Shown: piece by piece, positions 56,443 to 64,000 of the stretch
Position numbering within the stretch: the first letter of the stretch is position 1
How the letters are laid out: the number at the start of each line of letters is the position of its first letter
DNA from: a virus
Direction: 5' to 3' (one strand)
IMG/VR virus record: IMGVR_UViG_3300005253_000523
Coordinates: 5,091-69,090 of that record
DNA length: 64,000 bases
Notes under the pieces: generated by a model
What the model was told of the DNA's origin: nothing
Seen by the model: the letters and a program-made list of their open reading frames with translations, nothing else
Database searches by the model: none
Program-made: the position numbers and the translations under genes

Positions 56443-56862
56443 ATGGACCAACCGAAGACCGTGACCGTGGAAAAGGCCATCAACTTGCGCGATGGCGAGG
56501 AGCTGCAGGGTTTCATCAAGGAGGCCATCTCTGCCATCCGCCGCGTGAAAGGCGTCGACGGCAAGGCCAACGACGACATGTTTCTCACCGGGATCTTCAA
56601 GGACCATCTCGTCGCGCGCACCCTGGAGAAGGGAAAGTTTTTCCGGTTCCCGTTCACGCGCGATGGCAGCGGCGTCCTGAAGCTCGGCAAGGGAATGGAA
56701 GTGAAACAGATCTTCGCGCCGGTCGCGGCGTCGGTCGAGAAGTCAGAGGATCCGGATCAGCACGTCGAGGTGATGCTCGCCATCGCCAAGAGTGCATCGA
56801 TCGAGACAGAGGAACATCCGATCGTCGACGACCCCGGCTGGGGTTCTGTTCTCGGAACCTAG
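56443..56862 (+). CDS. Orphan protein ending in the scaffold's C-terminal peptide (candidate capsid cargo)
   Basis: Ends DDPGWGSVLGT versus scaffold DDIGWGSVLGT; VEKA/VEKS/IAKS motifs. Confidence 0.7.
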   Translation: MDQPKTVTVEKAINLRDGEELQGFIKEAISAIRRVKGVDGKANDDMFLTGIFKDHLVARTLEKGKFFRFPFTRDGSGVLKLGKGMEVKQIFAPVAASVEKSEDPDQHVEVMLAIAKSASIETEEHPIVDDPGWGSVLGT

Positions 56863-57092
56863 AACGCGGTCGCCGGTCGCTTCGCGCCGTTGGTGATCTC
56901 GTCCCAGCACTCGCCGCAGACCTCGGTGTTCCACTCCGTCTCGTAGTGGGCCGGCTGCTCGTTGCACTCTTGACACGGCCGCTCCTTTGAATCGGTCTGG
57001 TTTCTATTCTCGATGAAACGCCGCGCGGTGATGACCAGCGTGGTCAGTTCATCAAGTAACCGTTCAATCCGTTTTCGCGTCTCTCCGTGCAT
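56859..57092 (-). CDS. Small zinc-finger protein
   Basis: CQEC...CGEC. Confidence 0.5.
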   Translation of the reverse strand: MHGETRKRIERLLDELTTLVITARRFIENRNQTDSKERPCQECNEQPAHYETEWNTEVCGECWDEITNGAKRPATAF

Positions 57093-57702
57093 CGATCTCT
57101 CCGGTGATGAGTTTCTGTAAGCTGGATGCCTTGGTCACGTAAAGGGAATCGATCTGCAGCACTTGCTCGTACAGGACGCAGCGCTGAACCAAGTTGTGGG
57201 CGACGGCATGCCGGTTGCGCCAGCTATCGATCCGAGCATTGCGTTCCCGGCACCGAGCGACGTCCTCTGCCAGGTCATCCATCTCTGCATCGACCGCGTC
57301 CTGGACAGCGAAGGCAAGGTCGCCGGCTTCGTGTATCGGCGCAATGAACATGGCCGACTCCATCGTGGACAGGATTGCCTTGAACGCTTGCAGCTCGGGC
57401 AGGTACGGCGCGGCCACGAAGTAGAGCCCACCGTTCCACGCGCGCAGGGATACGGCGCCGAGGTATCCGAGCAAGGCACGCGTGATCATTTTCCGAATTT
57501 CGGAAACAACGTAGACGCCGCCCTTCTTGTCGGGAGGCATGTACGACTGATCCAGATCCATGCTGACCATCATCTCTCGGAGGTTGGTCACGTCGACGCG
57601 CAGGTCACGGCCGAGCGACCACCACACCAGGAATCCGATCGGCGGTTCACCGAACCAGAGTCGCTTGACCAGCTCTGGCCGGACCTGTTTAGCCTTCGGC
57701 AT
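57064..57702 (-). CDS. DUF6744-like hypothetical protein
   Basis: IGFLVWWSL...AVSLR..GGLYFV. Confidence 0.55.
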   Translation of the reverse strand: MPKAKQVRPELVKRLWFGEPPIGFLVWWSLGRDLRVDVTNLREMMVSMDLDQSYMPPDKKGGVYVVSEIRKMITRALLGYLGAVSLRAWNGGLYFVAAPYLPELQAFKAILSTMESAMFIAPIHEAGDLAFAVQDAVDAEMDDLAEDVARCRERNARIDSWRNRHAVAHNLVQRCVLYEQVLQIDSLYVTKASSLQKLITGEIDARRDAKTD

Positions 57703-58356
57703 TGGTATCATCCTGCGCGTGGAAATAGCGCCAGTCATTGGAATCGACTCCAACGAAACACGTTGACACAAAGTCTGCCGACCTCACTTCGAATAGGTTG
57801 CTGCCTGTCGTGTTTGGTGGTGGGTGGTCGATCGCGATGATCGCGCGAAGCTCCCAACCCTGAACGCCGAAGTTCACCTCAACCTCATCGCCGCTCGATG
57901 GTCGGACACGTTCGGTATCTTTGCACTCTGTCACAAGCCGTATTGCCAAGTCGGCCAGCTCTCGCCACTTCTCTTTACCGGCTTCGCTGTGGTACTCCCA
58001 CGCTGACTCGTCTGACCATTCGTAACAGCACAGTTCTTTCGCGATCAGGTCGCGTGCCTGTTTAGCCTTCGGCATTGTCAGTCAATCCGACCAGCTTCTG
58101 CGGCCGTATATCAGAGAACTCTTTCAACAGCGCGGTCTCGCCTGCATCCGTAGCAACGAAATCACCCTTATCATCTCTACGAGCCCAACCATTGCGTACG
58201 CACTCATTTGCCGTGGCATGACTGATTGTATCGCCAGGGAAAAGCGGACCATTCCGATAGATGTTAAACAATTCTTCGACAACGTGTTTTAGGGCCATGA
58301 ATTTCGTTTCTCCTTTTTGATCAACTCGGGCCGCGCCTGTTTAGCCTTCGGCATTG
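57684..58356. repeat. Three exact 21-bp direct repeats CCTGTTTAGCCTTCGGCATTG (57684, 58057, 58336)
   Basis: Read directly; each marks a NAEG*/MPKAKQ gene junction. Confidence 0.9.
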
Positions 58357-61300
58357 AGCGGCGTCCTTGCGCGTGGCTTGCCGCGCTCGATCCAATTGGC
58401 GTGAGCCTCGCGCACCAGCTCCTCGACCTTGACCGGTACGTCGGGACCGTTCTGGCAGGACCGTGCCGCGATCGGTTTCTCGATGTCGCAGCAATCCATG
58501 TTCACGGTCTGCCGTTCCGGGTGGCATTCGATCTCGAAATCCCAGCCAGCCTCAGTAAGTTCCGCTGCCAGCGCCTCGACGTCGTCCGCCATGTCGATGA
58601 ACTCTGCGCTGCGACCACCATGCGGGAATGTGAATTGCGTGAACTTCATCAGTCCTCCTTTGCTTCGTTCACCGTGCCTCGATCTGAACTGCGGCAGGTT
58701 CTGCACAGTTCGATGGATTCATGTAGTGGTACAAATCTTCTTCAAAGATCCATCCATCTTTAGTGACTTGCTTGCACTTCGCAAAATTCAAAACGCGGAA
58801 AGCATCACACCGCTTGATGTAATCGACAGCGAGGATTGAGTGAAATCCATAGTGGGTCTCCCACACGCTTAGCACTAGAGGTAACTTGAAAACGTCGATA
58901 CTGGGGCTGAAATGTTTCCATACTTTGCGTTGCTTCAAAGCCATCGCTTTGAGTGCTGGTTTTATATTGATGCACGATCCGGCTCTGCACCCACAAGCCT
59001 GAATCATCTTGTGGTACGCAGGAGAGTCCGTGCTACAGAACGGCTTGCCGTGATGAAAGATATAGGCATTCATCGCAGCGATCAGTTGACAGTCCGCGTA
59101 CTGATCAGAGTTCTTTTTGAAATATTTGTCCCACTTACTCATTGGTTCCGAACCGCCGCTAGGTCTCGCGCGGTTTCTTGTTTGCACAGCCAGATCGCCG
59201 GCTCCATTGGCTTTGATCCCGTCAACATTTCATCAGGTCCGTACCAGCCGACCTCCACCTTGCCAGTCAGTGGTTCCTTACAAATAGCCTTGCGGAATCT
59301 TCCGTCTCCACCAGAGCGTTCGGCGTCGGCATAGTTACACTCGACGTATCCGGAAGCCAACCGATCAATCAGTCTGGTCTTGTCTTGCTGACGCTTGTTG
59401 TGCAAGGCCCTGATCACTGCGGCTGCGACGTTCATGTCGCTGCCAGTTGCCGCTCTGCCCACGTCCCACGCATGCCATCTGTCTTCGCTGCCTTCTCCAG
59501 CATGTCAATACGGCCGGCGTCGGTCGTGGCTTTTCGCAGTTCGCAGTCGGCTGCCTTCGCGATCGTCTCTGGCCAGCCAGCGGCGATCACGCGATCGCCT
59601 TCCTGATCGCAGGCAAGCACCCACGTCTCGCCGGTCGGCTCGTGAAACACGTGATCGTTCGCTCGAAATTTTCTATCAGTCATCTGTGGTGTTTCCTTCC
59701 GATCTCAGCATCCCGGCATCTATTGATCGTTGCTCTCCGGTTTCAAAACTGTCCCCAACAGAAGGGGAGTTTGTGGTGGACGATTTTCAATTCCTGATCG
59801 TCAACACGTTCAACCCAAATATCATAGCAGTGTGCACGCTCGGATTGCTCCTTCTCGTAGAAGACGATCACGTGCTCGAAGTCCGATGGCGATCCACCAT
59901 CGGGTCGATCGATTCCCGTAAGCAGATCCTTCCAAAAGGGTTTCAGCACGTCGACGAATCGCTCTGTGTTGGTGTAATTGCCGACGACGCCCCAGGTACA
60001 CAGACCACCCTTGTGGCCACAGTGCCCGTCACCTTTGCGCTTGAGTAGATCCTCAAGGAAACGTTGAGCCTCTACGGCACCGTCGCGGTGCTGGGAAAAT
60101 TCTACTGCCTTGCGAACCTCCGGGAGATGTTTTTCGACCGTGGGATGAATCTCGTTGTAGTCATCGCACGCGAACGTGATGGACAGATGGACATCGAATG
60201 CCATTACGCTGCTCCCTTCATTGCGACGACTGCCTCGTGCAGCGTCTCGTAATCGGAACCGTCGTTGAAATAATACGTGTCGAAATTGTCAGGCTTGATT
60301 TCCAGCGATCGACCTTCCTCGCGCATCTTTGCGACGGCCTCATCCCAGCCACCGATGTACTCGTCGGTCTCGTTGTCGTACGGCAGGACACCGCCCGGGA
60401 ACTGATCGGTCACGCTGTACGACGTGAACACTGGACCGACGCCCGGCTTGCGCATTAGCGCGATCACATCGTCCCAACCCATGTCATCACGGATCACGTG
60501 CGCAGCCAGAGCTTCCTCGATGACGTCAGCGAACCATCCTCGATTCTGGTCGTCGACCCAGGCATGGATCTCGCACTGGCCATGTAGTCGCGCGGCCAAT
60601 TTGACAGCGCGCGATCCAAGTTTCAGCGCAGAGTTGAGAGCCAGAGTGAACTGCTCGAACTCCTTGTCTCCGACTTTGAGCTTGCCGCTGCCATGCCTGA
60701 GCGAGCTGATGAGAAATTGCTCGTGGGTCCCACCAACACCTATCAGCGGTAGAATCCAGTGATCTCTATTGTCGTGTGTGTCGAGATCCAATAGCACCTC
60801 GGCAACCCGGTTAACGATGCTCCCCATCATTGCGCGGTCAGCTCCCGATACCTCGGCTTCTTCGTCTTTGGCGTGAAAGTAGATGCGGCTCATGCCGTCG
60901 CTCCCTGGAAAGTCGAGAGCGGCACGTCGACGTTCGTCGTTTGCTGTGCAGGTTTCTCTTCGCGCAGTTTGGTCTCGTCGATCTCGTCAGGATCCAGATC
61001 GCGACTGATGTGACCGCCGATGTGGCAGTGGCCATCGTCCATGACGTTCATCGTGAGGTATCCCATCATCGCGATCATCGTGTGCGCGACGATGTTCAGC
61101 TTTTTTTTTTTTTCAAGCAGAAGACGGCATACGAGATTGATGAACACCATCCGGTATGGCGCTCGACCGTCCTCGCTGTACCAGTCGTTCGACTCGACAG
61201 TTACATCGGGGATCCCGATCAACTCCTGCGCCGCCTCGTTGAACTCGTCCTTGGTCATGCTGTCGTCCTCCGTGTGTCGTTGTCAGGATCTTCTGGTCTC

Positions 61301-61729
61301 GGTGGAAGTTTCCCGCAATAGGCGCACCATGCGCGCGGGTCGTTCTCGTGGTCACCGATCGGGCAGGTCTCGATTCGTCGCATCCACAATTCGACTTGTT
61401 CTTCGTTGAGGACACCTGTGTATCCTGCGAACGCGATGGCACCCTTGACGTAGTTCATGGCCATTGGATTGGCGTTGTCCTGCAGGTCTTCCCACATGCC
61501 GCGCAGTGCTTCCTCAACCGTCTGGCTCATGGCTTCACTCTCCGCCACGATCCGCGACGCTTGCCGCGCCGATAGATGCGCGGTTTCGGTATTTCCATAT
61601 TTCTACCAAATCCATCCCAAGTGATGCCGCCACGGTCGTCAGAACATGGATTTGTTCTCTTGGCGGCAATATCCTGAGTTGCAACCGAATGCGATGGTAG
61701 ACGGTCTTTGGTTGCAGATAATTACTCAT
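57689..61729 (-). other. Operon of small hypothetical genes (57689-58075, 58062-58298, 58341-58649, 58669-59142, 59139-59435, 59432-59683, 59743-60204, 60204-60893, 60890-61258, 61255-61530, 61535-61729)
   Basis: Coupled minus-strand ORFs with SD motifs. Confidence 0.65.
61101..61137 (+). other. Illumina P7 adapter + poly-T (sequencing artefact)
   Basis: T13 followed by CAAGCAGAAGACGGCATACGAGAT. Confidence 0.97.
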
Positions 61730-61799
61730 GTCTCCCCGCTCTCGCTCTGGGGTGGGTGTAGCATCGGTTTGTTACAGATCGTGCAGTTTGCCTTTGGCA

Positions 61800-62501
61800 T
61801 TACGCTGCCTCCAGGATCCGTTGCACCGTGGTCACGTACCAGCGCCGGCCGCGAGGCTGGAACGGTCCCGCGTTCAGCTCCGACGTAATCGATCGGAGAC
61901 TGCGGTCGGCGTTGTGCATGTCCACGATCGCGGTCACCGTCTCTCGCTCCTTCTCATCCTCGACGAGCCAGGACTTCTCCTCGTCGCCCTCGCCACGCAT
62001 CTCACTTCGGAATCCGAACGGGACACTGCCGACGCGCCGGCCGCGCTTCTTGAGGTGCTGCATGATAAGTCGCGTGCGATCGCTGGTGTGGTTGCGTTCC
62101 AGTTCAGCGGCAGCGGCCATCACCGTCAGCATGAACTTGCCCATGGCAGTGCTGGTATCGATCGCCTGGCCACCGAGATCGACGAGGTGCATGGCTACGC
62201 CTCTGCGTTCCCACTTCGTGGTCACGTTCAAACAGTCGACTGCATTCCGAAACAACCGGTCGAGCTTGATCGCGCAGATGAGATCGGCTTCCTTACGGTC
62301 GAGGGATGCCAGGGCCGATGCACCCGCCGGTCGTTTGTGCAGCGGCGTGAACGCACTGACGCCGGCATCGACGTACAGCTCGACCAGCTCGATCTGCTTG
62401 AAGGAGAAGTACCGCCGGATCACTTCCTCCTGGGCGGCCAGCGAGTAGCCCTCGCGGCGCTGCTCCTCGGTCGATACCCGTATGTATCCGATGCCCTTCA
62501 T
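61800..62501 (-). CDS. Serine recombinase (resolvase/invertase family with short recombinase domain)
   Basis: GYIRVSTEEQ, DAGVSA, RP, KLDRLFR, AELERN..SDR, PFGF. Confidence 0.92.
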   Translation of the reverse strand: MKGIGYIRVSTEEQRREGYSLAAQEEVIRRYFSFKQIELVELYVDAGVSAFTPLHKRPAGASALASLDRKEADLICAIKLDRLFRNAVDCLNVTTKWERRGVAMHLVDLGGQAIDTSTAMGKFMLTVMAAAAELERNHTSDRTRLIMQHLKKRGRRVGSVPFGFRSEMRGEGDEEKSWLVEDEKERETVTAIVDMHNADRSLRSITSELNAGPFQPRGRRWYVTTVQRILEAA

Positions 62502-62558
62502 AGTTACGACTCTAGATCACTAACTCCGGTGCAAGGAGTTGTCAACCTAGATTCGCAA

Positions 62559-63083
62559 CTAGAACGCAACCTGCTCGGCGTTGGCTTCCTGGCGTACGTC
62601 AGCGGCTTTGCGCAGCGCCGGCCGCTGGACGTGGCCATAGTCCTCTTCCGCCCTGGCCGCCTCGGCAGCCTTGGTCATGAGCCGCTCCAGCGGCGTCTCG
62701 GCGGTCCCCTCGCCAGGACCGTCCACGGCAGCCGTTCCGGGCCGCTGTGGGCCGCTCGCTCCCGGCCGCGAGCCACCGGTCCCGCCACCCCCGCGCCTGG
62801 CAGAGCGCCGCACAGGGCGCCGCGTTGGGCTGCCCTCGTCGTACATCGTGAACAGGTCCTCGTACGTGACGCACTGGTCATGGAGCGCTTCGATGTCCTC
62901 GGCGTTGGCCTGGATGTTTTGGTGGATCGCCGCCTCCTGCAGATCCCGGATCTTCTGTTCGAGATGCACCTCGGTGCTGGTGTCCCGCTCCTCCAACCAT
63001 TCGAGGAACCCGGGCAGGGCAGCGGTCAAGACATACACCACGACCGCGAGAGGATGCTTGGCTGCGCCAGCGAGCTTGCTCAT
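62559..63083 (-). CDS. Membrane-anchored hypothetical protein
   Basis: N-terminal TM segment and coiled coil. Confidence 0.55.
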   Translation of the reverse strand: MSKLAGAAKHPLAVVVYVLTAALPGFLEWLEERDTSTEVHLEQKIRDLQEAAIHQNIQANAEDIEALHDQCVTYEDLFTMYDEGSPTRRPVRRSARRGGGGTGGSRPGASGPQRPGTAAVDGPGEGTAETPLERLMTKAAEAARAEEDYGHVQRPALRKAADVRQEANAEQVAF

Positions 63084-63418
63084 ACCGGTGCCGGGCGGTG
63101 GCGGACGCGCCGGCTCAGCTTGCGGGCAGCGTCTCCGACGTCGAAGATCGTTCGCTGCGTCTTGCGATGGCTCTGCTCGGCCAGCTCACTGATCGCCAGT
63201 GCTTCCAGTCGTCTGCTTCCCGACCGCAGACCAGACTGTACGCGCAGAGCTACCTGTAGGTCGGTGTCCGTGATGATGTTTTCGGAGACCATCATCTTTC
63301 CGATCAATAGATCTGCCGGCGCCTCCTTCTGGAAGGAGATCATCTTATCCAGATCGCACCGCTCGACCTTGCCCATGCGTACCAGCAGCTCGCCAAGAGT
63401 GTTGTCGTCGTTCATCAC
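63080..63418 (-). CDS. Stand-alone MshEN/GSPII_E N-terminal-like domain protein
   Basis: TLGELLVRMGKV....LD.....Q and LIGKMMVSENIIT..DL..AL..Q tandem motifs. Confidence 0.7.
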   Translation of the reverse strand: MMNDDNTLGELLVRMGKVERCDLDKMISFQKEAPADLLIGKMMVSENIITDTDLQVALRVQSGLRSGSRRLEALAISELAEQSHRKTQRTIFDVGDAARKLSRRVRHRPAPV

Positions 63419-63639
63419 TTTCTCCTGATGAGTTCCTTCTTGACGTCGTCGAGTGCGATCTTGAAATCGAGGGCGGCGCTTCGGAACTCCGACGACGACT
63501 TCACGCTTGCCATCCCAACATCGTACAGTTTATTGCTCAGGACCACATTCCTCCGCCACAGCACAACGACCGCGATGGCGAACGCCGCTGCTAGGATCCA
63601 TCCCTGTTCGATCAGGGTTGTAATAAGTGTGTGTTCCAA
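63415..63639 (-). CDS. Putative holin
   Basis: 74 aa, single TM segment (LIEQGWILAAAFAIAVVVLW), basic C-terminus. Confidence 0.5.
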   Translation of the reverse strand: MEHTLITTLIEQGWILAAAFAIAVVVLWRRNVVLSNKLYDVGMASVKSSSEFRSAALDFKIALDDVKKELIRRK

Positions 63640-63660
63640 GGTAGGCCCGATCGTATCACA

Positions 63661-64000
63661 TCAACGACTCATCGCGCTTGCCGCCGCACACAGTCCTCCC
63701 GCAACTACATTGCCCATGACGAAGTTAAAATACGGCGACTGAAAGAACCCGCGCTTGTCGCTATGGCAACGATCGAGGGCAGCCTCTACCAGCTCCATCT
63801 TCTTGTCGCAGCCAGTGATGCACAGCGATCGCTTCTGTTGTTCGCCGTCGACCTTGATCTCACAGATCAACTTCTCGCGACGGACCAGGATCTCTCGCTC
63901 GCGCATTGCCTTGTCGCGCGCTGCCTCCGCCGTAGCCACCCGCGCTTCGAGATCGGTGATGATCTTCGACAGTGCATCTGCCGTCAGCAACCGTCCTGCG
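63661..64000 (-). CDS. Putative spanin-like coiled-coil membrane protein (5' end outside the window)
   Basis: Coiled coil with C-terminal hydrophobic segment next to the holin-like gene. Confidence 0.4.
   Translation of the reverse strand, partial: AGRLLTADALSKIITDLEARVATAEAARDKAMREREILVRREKLICEIKVDGEQQKRSLCITGCDKKMELVEAALDRCHSDKRGFFQSPYFNFVMGNVVAGGLCAAASAMSR

Noticed and set aside
57684-58356. 21-bp repeats as a CRISPR array
   Set aside because: Spacers are about 260-350 bp and encode genes; no cas genes are seen
61101-61113. Poly-T tract as terminator or slippery site
   Set aside because: It is part of the Illumina adapter read-through artefact
1-64000. Frequent GATC/CGATCG as a methylation-linked over-represented motif
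   Set aside because: Could be explained by ATC/GAC/GAG codon usage; needs a codon-aware count that could not be run
1-64000. tRNA, rRNA, reverse transcriptase/DGR or cas genes
   Set aside because: No recognisable signatures found by eye; tRNAscan or Infernal would be needed to exclude RNAs fully

Overview
The window is a GC-rich tailed-phage (Caudoviricetes) genome segment, mostly coded on the minus strand. It runs as follows: (1) a PBSX/XkdE-F-G-type head module with major capsid, scaffold, prohead protease, MuF, portal and TerL; (2) a ParB-methyltransferase, an SLT and an HD hydrolase; (3) about 22 kb of small accessory genes, many with leaderless promoters that share a CTAAAGCGG box; (4) HNH genes, an amidase endolysin and a KhpA-like gene; (5) a replication module with UvrD helicase, iteron-like origin, primase, two-frame Dcm and SNF2 helicase; (6) a serine recombinase, an MshEN-like protein and holin/spanin-like genes. 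Two observations stand out. First, two of the three inteins (in MuF and SNF2) carry no in-frame endonuclease. Each instead hides a complete Zn-finger/DUF559-Vsr endonuclease gene in the +1 frame while the intein frame stays open. Second, the prohead protease is the C-terminal module of a Dam-methyltransferase polyprotein punctuated by [VI]xK motifs, and a distant orphan gene ends in the same GWGSVLGT peptide as the scaffold, which suggests capsid cargo loading. An Illumina P7 adapter at 61114-61137 is an assembly artefact. All calls are by eye from motifs; no database searches were run.
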